From the NCBI GenBank assembly GCA_034780895.1, contig JAUZTB010000068.1:6395243-6459242 (forward strand): DNA of 64,000 nucleotides, given 5' to 3'. A program made the position numbers and the translations under genes. Source of the DNA: Rhynchobatus australiae (Eukaryota). The notes below the pieces were generated by a model that was not told the origin of the DNA, ran no database searches, and was given only the letters and a program-made list of their open reading frames with translations. Each line of letters starts with the position of its first letter. The first letter of the stretch is position 1. Positions 48,016-62,320 of the stretch are shown here, piece by piece.

Positions 48016-50801
48016 CTGCAGTAAGCAACAGGGATCACAAGGAGGGGAGAAAGGAAGGTGAGCAGGAAAGAGGAGGAAAAGAATTAAAGGAAGAAAAGTA
48101 TGATAGGGAAGGAAAACAGGAAATTAGTCCATGCAATGATCACATATACCCAAAAAGCACTCCCCATTTGCAAGCTGATTTCCCTTTACCAATATTTAAT
48201 CAAGCATAATTTTAAAGAAAATACAAATAGAGCAAACTAAACAGTGATATATACAGAAAAATCTTGACACACGGGAGACAAAATTGCAGTTTCAAAAAGC
48301 CATGTGATAGGCAATATTTTATACCAAAGATCAAAATACTAGTGCCATGTATTGTACCCATTTCCTTTTGATATACTGCATCCCTAAAATGTCCTCAACA
48401 ATATTGACAAGTTCTGAAATGAAGATATGAAAGCAATGTGCAAATTTCTTCCAGATTTGATTCTTTGGTTAAAAATTAGGCGTCATTGACTAAACTCTTC
48501 AATCATTCTTGTTGAAATGATCTCACTGGATCCTTGTTTCAAATGCTTTATTACTCATATTTAAGATAAACTGTAGATGAATACAGTACTGCTGCTGCAA
48601 AACAAATTTCACGACATACAAGTCAGTGATAAACCTGATTCTGAACAAACAATACGGTACAGGCAAAGGCACTGGCATTTTTGTGCACTTCAATATGGAA
48701 TACTGTCAGCTGCATTCAAATTAGCAAGTGCAAAATTTACACAATTTACCAAAAATGCATTAATGTGTACATGCAAGGTGATACCACTTGTCTGAAAGCA
48801 AATCATGTAACCAGTGAACTTGAATGACAAATCAGCAATCAATAGGAAAATAAACCACAAGGTGCATTGATACCCTGATACCAATGATTCCATTCCTATA
48901 ATTNNNNNNNTTAACTACACATCAATATTAAATCCCCAAGTGGAACAATGATGGTTTAGAATACTTCATTCAGAACATTCAGAGACATCTAAATGCTTGT
49001 ATGGTCGAAAACAGAATAGTCATCAATTGGCATCACTTTATTCATGTACTCAGTATGCATGGCCACATACTTGCGCATACCAATCATGCAAGTGAACATT
49101 TTGATAAGAAAAAACTCAGGAGTTGGGGTATAGAAAGCTATTTATAATCCAAGACAAGGTAATATCTTGGAGGTGGATAAAACAAAGACAATGTTCCAGT
49201 ACTAGTCCAAAAATTAAAGAAATAAACAATTAAATATTTAGGACAGTGACAAAATTGACATCAAATTTTATGCCCTTTGAAAGATTTAAACGTATTCAAA
49301 ATATTTTGAAAGATCCAAATCTCAGTCTCCTTTCCTCTGGCTCTCAACAGGTTACAAAAATTTAATTGCTTTGTTGACCAAATAAATCTGTCACAGCTTT
49401 TTTTTAACCTTTATATTCTAAGCCTTATATGCATATTAATGCTAAATAGTTTTCAGAAAGTGGCAGTAACAGCTTAAAGCATTTCAAAATCAAGATGTAT
49501 TTAAAGTTTTGTTTTTCCCCTTTGTCCCAAAAACAGGGCAGTTTTTACACTAAGCATGAATTTTTCCAAATGCAAATCTTTAGTAGTCCTTCAGAGGATC
49601 TGAGTAGAAGTGGAAGATCAATACTACTTGCCTCAATGAACGTGGTGGACTGCTGGGCTTTTCCATAAAATGTTGGAAGTCAACTGTGAGAGAGAATTTG
49701 GAGTAACACGTGGACTATACCAGGCAAGGCAAGCAGATTTCCTTCCAAGGGGCCTCATCGGGTTTTTAATGATAATCCCATAGTTTCATGGTTACCAATA
49801 CTGAGACTAGTTTTCATTAGTTCAATCTCATCATGCCACCTAATTAATGTCCAGCTACTTTACCAATTTGCTCCTCTAACCTTTCATAGCTTCTCCATTC
49901 TAAATGACACTGGGAGTACCCCACTAACAGTTATGCTTAAAATTGGAAGTCGCCTCATTTCGCATCACTCACAATAGAATAAAATGCTGGGATTTACTGT
50001 TCAAGTTCTCAAAGAACAGCCACAACAGCAACATGAGAGAGAACTAGACACACATTTTGAAAAAGGTCATTTAGTGATCTGGAATGGAGTCAAGTCCAGC
50101 CAGGAATTGCTGGATACATTACCCTATACTCCCAGCCTAGATGGGAATCATATCTTAACTGATTCATATCCTACCCGCAGAATCAATGCTCACGACAACC
50201 ATGCGCTGATAATCTTGCATCATTTGATACACTTTGACCATATACCAGAGCTTTACTATGACCAGAACACCACCGGTCTTCCCACTTTTGTACTTCTCAC
50301 CCATGTTTTTGTTTACTTCAATGTTGCAGCTAATCCAACACTCTCCTCTCAGTTCCCTACTCACCACTACCAACTACAAAGTTTACCCAAGACAGTGTCT
50401 TAACCCTTGTTGAGCTACATTGACTGTAAATTTGCATTCAAATCTCTCCATGGCTCCTCCTTTGTAGGGAACTATGGATTCCAACCCTACAACACATTGC
50501 TACACTCAAATTCTAGCCTCTCAAACTCAGGTGTTTATTGACACCTATTACCTATTGAGACCCTAAATTCTGAAGGTACTACCTTCTCCACGTGTATCCT
50601 ATGTTAGATGTTCTTTAAAGCCTCCCGTCCAATCTACCCTTTCAAACCCTGACATTTTCATGTCAAATTCTGGTTAACAATCCTCCCATGAAGCATACTA
50701 AAATGCATTTATTTTGTTAAAGGCGCTATACAAATGCAAGCAGTTTGTAGGACTAAGCATCACATTGAAAACAATTATATGCAAAAATGCAGTTCTCTTA
50801 C

Positions 50802-50889
50802 GTGCTTTGATATTGGCATCTCTGTAGGTACCATTAAGAATAGCTAACTCCATCAGTTGCATCTTCTTCAAATTGTCTTCACCCTCTGC
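50802..50889 (-). CDS. qkia: Quaking exon 5 (QUA2 region of the STAR domain), [29 protein letters not shown]
   Basis: cttattgcag|GCA GAG GGT...AAA GCA C|gtaag. 88 nt, phase 0/1, with the canonical QUA2 motif [18 protein letters not shown]. Confidence 0.97.
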
Positions 50890-53800
50890 CTGCAATAAGA
50901 TGAATATACCACTGTTAATACACAATTAAGCAGTCATACTGAGTGCTGCTTTTAATTAAGTACCTTAATACCACTGTCCATGTACGTGGCCTTATTAGAA
51001 GGCAAAGTATCAAATCTAGCCTATTAATTTAAGATCTCAATTCTAAAATTCTGTCCAGAAACAGCTGTGGCTACAAATTGAATTTCAGAACAAGGGAAAG
51101 GCTCTTACTCAAAAATTAGAGGCAAGAGGACAGAAAAATCCATATGGGTTTGAGTACTACAAAGGAAGGAGAAAGACTTGCAATAAAATTCTGAAAATAT
51201 TGTTGATCCATTTGAAATTAAGCATCTAGGCAGAGATCAAATCGGTAATATGCACCAGAAAACCCCCAACTCTACAGAAAACAAGGTAAAAACATCGGGT
51301 GCATTTGGAAGCCAAATAACTGAACAACGGATTAGTAAGGGCCAATTCTAAGACACAAAAACTGAAGCATGTGTTTATCAAAGTCCATTCTCATCCTTTA
51401 TACACCATGGTTTTTTTTTAAATGTACAAAAATAACCTTTGTAAACAGAAATAGTTAAAGTTCAGATTCTCAGAAATCTTTTTCCTTTTCCCCTTTAAGT
51501 ACAAATAATTACTGAGGAACCATTTTGTTCTGCACTAAAATGGATCTTCAACAATTAGTCCTGGCCTTTTAAAGATATTTATCTGAAGTCAGTAGAATCA
51601 ATAAAACACAGTACAAGGACATCCTGCACTGGGCAAGGTAGGAATTACCAGTTCTCAAGGTGGAAGAACTCAGCAGGTTTGGCTTTCCACCATGTGAAAT
51701 GTGTAACAAATGTAATTACAAGCTCAGGGCTTGGGAATGCAATGAATCATCTTCTTCTACATTTAAGTTCTTAAAAGCAAAGAATGTAAAATCAAAGGCT
51801 TCAAACAAGCTTCTTTCCTAAGCCCCTTCCAGAAGCTTGTTCTCCAAAATGCAAAACCTGTATATATACCAGCATCGTTAGATCATCATCCCCTTTCTTG
51901 ATTACAACACCAAGATACATTGGTGAGCTGAGGGGCAGGACACAAAGTTTACAGCTCTGGTATCCATCATTCCACATTATAAATATTTAACAATATAGGC
52001 TCTTAACCAAACTAAGAGTATTGCAATTTATAATGCTGATTGAAATACAATTTATAGAACTCAGAAGTAAACACTACAGCAGTCTGGAGTTAAGAGTTTG
52101 GTGCATTTATATTTTAGGACCTAAATGCTTTTACATTCACCAATCTACAGAGCTTCAACTGCTTAAAATTTAAAATCAGATCAGTCTTGATGTCCCAGTA
52201 GACAACCTCACATATGCAGCACGTTTTGCCCATACTATTGTGGCAGTCAGAGATGAATTAGCACCGTTTCTGCCTGGAGACTCACTGGCTAATCTTCAAA
52301 AGAAAGCCAACAGTTCAGATACTGAGCATAGACTAGTGGCACTGCTTTATACTGCTTGATAAATTTGCAGGTTATAAAGTTAAACTGACTCCAGGGAAAT
52401 GGATGTCACTCAGCCTTTAAATGTGATTCTGCTAACTGGGAACTGAAAGTAATGGAGTTTTACTACAAAGAACACAAATTTTGCCCTACCACACACCCTG
52501 CTCACACAAAACAAAGTTGCTGAGCTTAATTAAATTATCTGAAGTCCATACCTAAAAATTTTTGGAAATTTCTAACCAAAGATTGGCATTTGCTTATGGT
52601 TTCAGCAATGTTTCATTCTTAATTATGGTATCCATTTACTACTCCTTGGTTCCAAAAAATATAATTGCTGACACAGAATCAGATTGACATGGCAAAGGAC
52701 TCTTCCAGACTTCTGACAACTCCCAGCAAAACAATCCCATCAGTCCAAGTCTCCCACTATTTCTCCATTATCCTGCAAATTGTCCAAGTGCCCATCCAGT
52801 TATCTTGACATCTTTTCAGTGAATTCCCATGCAAGTTTTTCCATACATCTACAACTGACCCATTTTTCCCTGGTCATTGATCCATTTGGCAACAGAACCC
52901 ATTCCCTCTATTCTCTATCAAATCATTCTTCAAATTTTTGTCGAAGAACAATTCTTCCATCTAACCAAAGACAAAACCCCAGAAAACTTCATCCAGTAAA
53001 TGAAAATAAAAAAAACTGAAGTAGAAACGGGAACACTCACTAAGTCAGGCAGTATCTGTGGAAATTCAGGTTTGAAAGGTTTTCAATCTGAAATGTTAAC
53101 TGTTTCTCTCTCCACAGATGCTGCCTGACCTGCTGAGCAATTCCAGCATTGCTTTCTGAACCTTCCCCAAATAATGGTATTCCTAAAGTTAATGGACCAC
53201 TGTGGCCTAACCTTGTGTTTCTAACAGGTTCAAACTTCCATGCTTTTGCCTATAGATCCCAGGACCTCATACAAATTACTACCCAATGTATCAAGCTACT
53301 TTCAAAGATTTATGCATGCATACACCCAAGTCCCTTACCTCCAGGACATTTCCAGAACTATATACAGCAAAAACCCCAATAATCTGCTATTTAACTACTC
53401 TGAAATCCTGGTGATTTGGCATCTAGTTCATCAGGTAATGTTTCCCATGTTCCTTTTCTGCTCGGAGTCTGGTTCCCGTGTTCCCTTTTAACTNNNNNNN
53501 NNNNNNNNNNNNNNNNNNNNNNNNNNNNNNNNNNNNNNNNNNNNNNNNNNNNNNNNNNNNNNNNNNNNNNNNNNNNNNNNNNNNNNNNNNNNNNNNNNNN
53601 NNNNNNNNNNNNNNNNNNNNNNNNNNNNNNNNNNNNNNNNNNNNNNNNNNNNNNNNNNNNNNNNNNNNNNNNNNNNNNNNNNNNNNNNNNNNNNNNNNNN
53701 NNNNNNNNNNNNNNNNNNNNNNNNNNNNNNNNNNNNNNNNNNNNNNNNNNNNNNNNNNNNNNNNNNNNNNNNNNNNNNNNNNNNNNNNNNNNNNNNNNNN

Positions 53801-55239
53801 NNNNNNNNNNNNNNNNNNNNNNNNNNNNNNNNNNNNNNNNNNGATTTAATGTGTCATGCCTTTTATCAAACTGCACCTTTTCAGATTCAATTGCATTGGT
53901 CACTGCTTGCCCATTCAGCCAGCCTCATTTTATTGCCATCCATTATTCTCCTCATTTAGTACACTTCTAAAATAGAGCTTCACAAACTCAGGAATTTTAT
54001 TCTGCACACTCATGTCCAAATCTTTAACAGCCACATTCTCACCTTGTAATCCATGGGTTAAATATGAAACCGTATAGTTAGCATTAATTCAAAGACATCA
54101 TTCGCCACCTACCCTCAACATGGGCAATGCAGCATGTGATGCAGAAGACAATGTAGATATCCTGGTTACTTCAAATTGCTTTAAAAATAGTTTCTATACT
54201 CAGTTCTTCAGAAAATTCCATGGAGCATTCTACACCCACCTGGGGAGAGCAGGTGGAGCCTTGATTGAATCTCTCAAGCTCCGCAACATTCCCTCACTTC
54301 TCTAGTGAACTGGCAGATAAGATTTTAATTGTTCAATTCTCTAGTGAAGCTTGCATACAGAGCTAATGAACTCCTAGTATTAAAACCCAGGAGAGTATTT
54401 CTGTAATCATTGCACAGCAAGATTCTTACAAATTCTGCAACAAATGCGTTCCAGAACTGGCACAATAGTATGAGCATCAAAATAAAAAATCCACACCATT
54501 CTGAAAGTATTAGCATACAAAAAATATAAAATTACAGAAAATATTGGTAGGTACTTGGGCAGGTCGGGTAGCAACTGTAGAGTTAACATTTCAGACCATT
54601 CAGAACTGGAAAATATAGTTTTCTCATCTTAAAGAGGACAGCTGGAGAGAACGAAAAGGAAGGTCTGATTAGGAGTCGAAGATTATTCAAGTGCCACTGC
54701 CTTTGATGCAACATAACTAGAAGCAGATGAATGAGGGCAGTTACATGTTGGAACTGAGAAGCAGAACAGTGGTTGCTAAAATTCTGAAAATACTTGGCAG
54801 ATCAGGTGGCATTTATGGAGTGAGAATAGTTAATTCTGCAGTTTTCCTCTATCAGAACCAGCCGCTTCTGACAAAGGAAAGGCAGTTATCTGAACACACC
54901 AAGTCCCAGGGGCTACAAAATGCCTAGGCAAAAGACCAGGCTTGGTAGACCAGACGTCAGAGTGGAACTGGGATGAACAATTGTGGAGGGTAACCAAGCA
55001 GCTCAGGGTCATATGTGCAGATTGAAGGAAGTGTCCTGAAAAACAGTCAACTAATCTGAATTTGGTTTCTCCATCGTAGAGACAACATTGTGAGCAGAAA
55101 TTACATGTACTAAATTGAAAGTGCAAGTATATTGCTGGGTCATGTAAAGGAACTGAGAGTCCCTGGAAGGTGTAGAGAACAGGTAAAAAGGACAAGTATT
55201 GCATTCCCTGCAACGTAGACCCACATTTCTCCGTCAATC

Positions 55240-55415
55240 ACGCATCTTAAGTCTCTTAGATGCCCCTACTGCATCTGCCCCCACAACCTCTGCTGGCAGT
55301 GCATTCCACACACCCAGCACTCTGCGTAAAAAAACTTACACGCCACATCCCCCTTGTATCTTCCTCTAATCACCTTAAAATTATGCCCCCCTTGCGTTAG
55401 CCATTGTTGCCCTTT
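55240..55415 (-). mobile_element. CR1 LINE fragment
   Basis: Near-identical to positions 5-160 (ctgcccccacaacctctgctggcagtgcattcca). Confidence 0.7.
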
Positions 55416-56509
55416 GCAAAAAGAAAACCCCAATTTTTCCAAATTTGAGCAATTTAAGTGTTCAGTTCTTCAAAGCAAAGTTCACTTTTTAATGACCAAA
55501 AAGTTTAGTGAAGCAGAAACTGAAAGGCGAAAAAGATTTTTGGTTTCAAACTGCAGAAACAGCTTAAAATCCTATTAAAATGCACAACCAACATTATCAA
55601 TCTGCATTTTCCAATTTAACGCTGTTAACACTATCCATCCCAGACAGCAGATGAAGACAACAGATGGGCAAAAATACACCAGCTGTTACAACCAAAACAT
55701 CAGGTGATTTCTTCCAATGAAGAGACCAGGTTGCATCAAATACTTCATCCTAATTGAACACGCAATGGTGAGAAGTTTCACTGTTCTTGGCCAAACCAGC
55801 AAAAGCTCATGGGCTCGTGTCAGAAAGTAATGCTGCGTGCGATCAAAGTAGTGTCAATAGTTACAATGCAAGATCAATAATATTAGAAATACCTAATAAG
55901 TTTTTGAATGTACCAGCTTTTTTCTTTAAAAATGCAATGTTTTAGAGATAAGGTTCTAGATCTGCTCAACTGATCTCATGTAAGATACCTTTAAAGATGC
56001 TGTAAGTAGTTGAATAATAATGACACAGCAGATAAAGTAGGCATTTCCTGTGCTGGCTCTTTGCCACCATCTTGTAATATTCTCCCAAAATACTCGCACA
56101 ATTCTTTTTGAAGTTAGAACTAAATATTTTCAGCACCATTTCAGGCTGTGTATTCTAGATTTTAAACTTCTTGCACAAATCTTTTGTCAACCAAATCCAT
56201 CTACTCCCATTGTGGAATCTTAAGCTTTATTTTTCCTATCAAAACCCTCAATACTGCTAGCTTCTTCCTCTGCACTAACTCCTGCTTCCTCAGAAGTGAA
56301 CAAATTTCCAGTAATATTGTAGTAAATCTCTCGTGCACCTTCACGATCTTGTCTTTTTCCCCCCAAAAAACAATGCCCACAACTGAATTATGCACATCAA
56401 ATGAAATAGTGCTATTTTGAAAGTTAACAAACTCAGGAGCTGTTGAACTTCAGGTAGCTTAAAATTGTTTACACAAACACCTTAAGGTTTGCTGTTAAAC
56501 CTTGTACAG

Positions 56510-56760
56510 TGGCCCAGCTTGTGGAGCTGCTGCTTTGCAGCTCCAGCAACCCAAGTTCAGTCCTGACCTCCAGTGCTGTATGTGTGGAGTTTGCACATTT
56601 TCTATGACTACATGGGTTTTCCCTAGGAATATCCTCCCAAAGATGTTCTGGATATTAAGTAATTGGCCACTGTAAACTACCACCAGCACACACCCAAGTG
56701 ATAAAAATCAGGGATAGTTGATCAGAATATGCAGAAAATAGGTTACAGGGACATTTATTT
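56510..56760 (+). mobile_element. tRNA-derived SINE (V-SINE/HE1-like)
   Basis: tRNA-like head with gttcagtcctgacc B-box-like motif, then tgtgtggagtttgcacattttc and gggttttcc core. Related copies at about 2060-2220 (-), 10790-10970 (-) and 61150-61460 (+). Confidence 0.65.
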
Positions 56761-59700
56761 GTGGTGAGGGCAGGGAGAATTACTGCCAACTGGCAAAGAC
56801 TAGATGGTAGAAATAGAAACTCAAGTACCATATGGAAACACAGGAATCCATGCCAGCTCCCTGCAGAGCAATCCTGTTGTCCCCTTGTGTAACCTTGCAG
56901 TAGTTCTAATACCCTGCCCCCCCAACCAAAAACCCAGGTCCTTTTTGAAAACTCAATTGGCCATTTACAGCATTCCAACATGCAGCAAGTTCCATATGAT
57001 TTTCCTCAATGCACCACCTCCGTTCTTTCACTAAATTTCCTCAGTTACAATTTAAATTGAATACAATTCCATCATCAACCCAGGAGCGCACTGCATCTGT
57101 TCACTCAAGTTTGAACAACTGAGCAGCACATATGGCTTTCTATGGTTAGGTTTATAAGTTTCCAGTGTCTGTTTAAATTTTACTGGTCTTTGTGCTTGAA
57201 GTGATGAGAAATGAGGGGAAAATGAGTTGACAAAACTGCCAATGAAAGGGACCCATCTGGTCACTTGACAAGAACAGGCTCAAGATCAACTGCAATTCAT
57301 AACTTGCTCCCTCCAACTTCTGGGCTCAATTGGAGCCGCCTGCAGGCTAGGAGTAGAAAAAAGGCAAGTGTTCTACAGATATGCTGTAATGGAAAATCAA
57401 ATACCGGAAAGTTAATGCTAAAAGTATGCCAACGCTGCAGGTATGGTAATTTCAAAGGAAATTAGACTATCTGCAAGTTCAAAAACAAAAATTTTCCAGT
57501 AAGGACAAACAAGTTGCCTGGCATGAATAATCCAAACTCATCTATAGACAACTCCAATTTGTGCCTGCAACTCACTGCAAAAACTAAGACTTGCATCCTA
57601 CTGTTGAAAATGCTGCATTACACTCAATTCATCAGCATTGCAGAAAACAAATGCAGGAAGGAAAACATGACAAATTGAGGCCCTGCCCCAAAATCTGTGT
57701 TGCAAGTTTCAAAATTTGTATTTAGTAATTAAGCCGTAAGGACAAGGATTCCAAATCTGATGATTATCTTTCCCAAGTCATAGGAACATTGGAGGAAAAG
57801 AGACCAGGGAAAGCATAAGGAAATGCAATTCCTAAACGCTATCTACCTGCTGGAAGTGATCACACCTGTACCTCTGGCAAATAAACTGAGTAAAAAGGAT
57901 AAAGCTCACAAAAATAATGAATCTGGGCAAGGCACCAGGAGCGAGGAATCCTTCCAATCATACCTTGTACTTACACATGGCAAAATTTATACTAGCTAAT
58001 GCCACATAACTCCAGGATTTGAGGACTGCAACATTAAAATACCTGGTAAAATAACAAGATTCCTTCCACCCACAAATTATGCAAAACTAAACAAATGAAT
58101 TAATGACATTTACAAATATCCGAACAGAAAGCACCTCCACTTTACAATTCCAACCCACATATTCAAGTCAAGCTGGATTTAGCCCATTGAGAGGTGACCT
58201 GCAGCATCCAGGTGCCTGGTGAGGCCTCAGTGACTCTTAAGGTTGTGTACTGCCAAGGCTCTGTCCATAGAGCACCCTGACAGATACTACATGAAAGCAA
58301 AACATTGCCTTCAAGTCTAAGTGATAATATTTAGAAACATTAAACAACAAAGTTAAAATGTTAAAAATTGGAAACTAAAACATTACAATTAAAAATCTCT
58401 TCCCTGCTAAAATCTACACAAGTGTGAGGAAGATGTTTCTGTGACTACTGCTGATAATAAAACCAGACAACAGAAGAAACCAGCACAAAAGCCTATTCTG
58501 TTCTGGAAATCTGAAATAAAAATGAAAAATAGCGGTAAAACTCATCTGTGGAGAGAAACAGAGTTAGTTTCAGGTCAGTGACATTTCATCAAAAAAATAG
58601 AAGGAAGAAAATGACTTAAGATTCAAAAATAATGGAGTTGGAATAAAGAAAGATGGGAAGGTGTCACATCTATTGAATAACTACGGGGGAGGGGGGCAGA
58701 GGAGATGGGAGGACTCAGTGGACTACACATCACATAGGGAATGCTATCAAGTGGAAACATACAGGTGGCTCCAAAAATAGTGGACAATGACCTCCTGAAA
58801 TGCAGAAGCTAACGTGGTTGACATTTAGAATGAGTTCCTGGTTTTGATAAACATTGTGTTTCACAAGACAAACTGCAGACTAACAGTGCTATTTGAAAGA
58901 CAGGTCTGTGCTGAAGACATGCCTGGAGCATCATGTGGTAGTGCAGCATGCTTGAGCACAGATCTCAGGAAGGTGAGCAATAATCTGAGAAGTGTTAACC
59001 AGCTTGGCACCAGCTAATGCCCAGATCTGAAACTGGACGTGTGGAATTTCAGTTGGAATGCTTGTGCATTAAGTCATAGCCAGAAACAGTTGATGAGCAA
59101 AGACCTGCCTGTGAAGCAAATTTTGGGTGATCCCTGGTCAAAGAAGCCAAGCATACAAGGTAAACAGAATTCTGAGAAAGAATAGAATAGAACTTTGAGG
59201 AGTATTCCTGGAAAAGACATTTCAGTGAATTAAACAAGAATGGTGGAAATTTGAAATTAAAGCAAATGAAATATCTGTACAGTTTTCTTAAAACTCGTAT
59301 AGTTCTTCCCTTTCTGCTTCTTTGACGTTTGAAAGTAGTTTTATGGCAAACGTGTCCAATTCCAATGAACCTCAAACTCCAACCACCTCACCACATAGGC
59401 TGCTTCCCCTGATGAATATTTGTGTTTTAAGCTAATCAGCATCTAGGTATTTTGGTTCTACATCCATCTATCAGGGTATGATAAGAGGATGTTTATGTGA
59501 CTTACTGCAATGGTAAAACAACTTGCACAAAACATCAAGGCACAAACAATGGACACCATCACACCAGGCATAATGTTAGGACAATTAACCAAAGGCTGGT
59601 CACAGAGAGTCTATAAAGAACCTCTTAAAGGCTAGGCAGAGTTTATACACAATTGGAGCTTCATTTCAGATTAAGTAAAAAAATCAGCTTACAAGTTTTG

Positions 59701-61149
59701 ATATTTTAAAATGCATTTACGATTTGTTTGACAATGTGGTCAAAAGTGACCTGATGAACACCAATCCCAAACAAATGCCATCTACATTTGGAAAAAATGC
59801 CATTTAATATTGTTACTTCTACCTCAATACCTGCATCTCTCCCAAGCAGTGCCACTTCTGAACAGTACGTGACAGTAACCAAGAACCACATTTTGCCTTT
59901 ATTTCTCCCAGTTGCAAATCTCAGTATCCCTTTCCAAATCAGTGGCTGCACATTATTGGACGTGGGCACTCAATTGCATTTACTTAACTATCCAGCACTT
60001 TACTTAACTATCCAAGTCAAACTGGAGATCATCTTTGTTTCAAAATATTTTGAAACAATCGTTGCGCAGTGTATTGGTATATTCAGTGGCGTGCAGCTCA
60101 AGAGGTATTTTGTTGCAAGTAAACTCTTCTGGATCCAATTATGCAGCACATTTCAACATTCCAGTTTTAAAAAGTGTTTTTTTATTATTTGGAAAAGCTA
60201 GCAAACACCTGGGGATTTTCCAGGCTCAATACACAAATCTAACATTCCACTAGTTGCTGTTCCCTCTTGCCAGAACTGCTAACTTGTACTCCAGGTGCAA
60301 CTCCACANNNNNNNNNNNNNNNNNNNNNNNNNNNNNNNNNNNNNNNNNNNNNNNNNNNNNNNNNNNNNNNNNNNNNNNNNNNNNNNNNNNNNNNNNNNNN
60401 NNNNNNNNNNNNNNNNNNNNNNNNNNNNNNNNNNNNNNNNNNNNNNNNNNNNNNNNNNNNNNNNNNNNNNNNNNNNNNNNCGATCTAACCATATTCTAAC
60501 TCTGATTAATACTGTTAATGACTGCATACACCACATTGGAAGCTTTGAACATTAGTAACAATACAAATATAAATGGGAATCTTCTGGGAAATGCTCCTGA
60601 AGAGACAGAAATTTTAAATGATCTAAAAGTGGCCATTACAAAAATCAGGAAAACAATGTTGCATGATTACTCGAAAAGACATGTTCATTATGATTTTTTT
60701 TGTTCACTAATATCAATACCTCTAGGCTCCAACGTTTTTGTGTTCATTTTGGAAAAAAAGTTAATTTTGATTAAAAGCTAAAGCTCAGTAGAAATTCCAT
60801 ATATCACAGGATTAAAATACTGCTTCAGACCATGTTTGGACACAATGGAAAGTGACCAAATTGAAAATTAGCATGTATAGAAAGAATCTAGATACACCTG
60901 GTCATTATCCACTAGGGACAGGGGCTCAGACTTCATGGATAACAAATATCATCAAGGTCCTATTTACTTGATACACACACCAAACAAAAATATGCCCTAT
61001 GTTCTAAAAGCATTAATTAAAAACTTGGAACCTAAAGGACGTGATATAACTGAACAAAATACAAAAGTCAAAATAAACATACTTTTGGAGTAATCTTCAG
61101 TGATGCATCAGACATGGCATTCAACCCATCTTCCACATATGGGAATGGC

Positions 61150-61460
61150 TGCTTTCTCCCTTGGGCCAACAGCTGGTAGAGCTGCTGCCTCAAGGCTCCA
61201 GCGAACGGAGTTCAATCCTGATCATGGGCGCAGTGTGGAGTTTGTACATTCTTCCCAGCTGTGGGTTTCCTCTGGATGCTCCAGTTTCCTCATATTCCAA
61301 AGACACAGGTTGGTAACTCAACTGGCCACCATATATTATAACTGTGTGAGTGAGGGGTATAACCTGACAAGAATGTGGGGTGAATATAACAAGACCAGTG
61401 TGATTGAGTGCTTGGGTCTTCACGTACTCAGCGGCTCATTTCCATGCTGTGGTGCTTGAA
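61150..61460 (+). mobile_element. tRNA-derived SINE
   Basis: gtagagctgctgcctca...gagttcaatcctga...tgtggagtttgtacattct...gggtttcctctggatgctccagtttcctc. Confidence 0.65.
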
Positions 61461-61679
61461 CAGGGTGACAGCAGAAACAAGTGGACCTGCAATTCTTCCG
61501 CTGGCTTGGGTTTCATTAAAAACTCACTTGTGGTCAAATACATCTGCACACATTCCTGCTTTTGGAGTTTAAAATCTTTTTGGTGCAGCTCAAAGCCTCT
61601 GGGGAAACTTCAGGATGTGGTCCAAGGCCAACCCCATAAATATGCAAATCCTTCAATAATAGGAACCAAATAAATTTGA

Positions 61680-62320
61680 GACATGAGATTCTGCAGATAC
61701 TGAAATCTGGAGCAACACTAAGAGCTGGAGAAACTCAGATCAGGCAGCAACTACAGAGGGAAATAAACAGATGACATTTCGGGTCGAGACCCTTCATCAG
61801 GACTGGGAAGGAAGCGGGTAGAAGCCAGAATAAAAAAAGGGGGGGGGGGGCAGGGGGAGGGCAAGAGCGCAAGCTGTCAGGNNNNNNNNNNNNNNNNNNN
61901 NNNNNNNNNNNNNNNNNNNNNNNNNNNNNNNNNNNNNNNNNNNNNNNNNNNNNNNNNNNNNNNNNNNNNNNNNNNNNNNNNNNNNNNNNNNNNNNNNNNN
62001 NNNNNNNNNNNNNNNNNNNNNNNNNNNNNNNNNNNNNNNNNNNNNNNNNNNNNNNNNNNNNNNNNNNNNNNNNNNNNNNNNNNNNNNNNNNNNNNNNNNN
62101 NNNNNNNNNNNNNNNNNNNNNNNNNNNNNNNNNNNNNNNNNNNNNNNNNNNNNNNNNNNNNNNNNNNNNNNNNNNNNNNNNNNNNNNNNNNNNNNNNNNN
62201 NNNACAGGTGGGGGGAGTGGGGTTAATGAAAGGGAATGATGAGAAGCTGGGAGACAATAGGTGGAAGAGGCAGAGGGCTGAAGGAATCTGATGGGAGGAC
62301 AGTGGACCATGGAATAAGAA
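61680..62320 (-). mobile_element. Penelope-like element fragment spanning a gap
   Basis: ttcgggtcgagacccttcatcaggactg followed by purine-rich sequence typical of this elasmobranch repeat. Confidence 0.5.
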
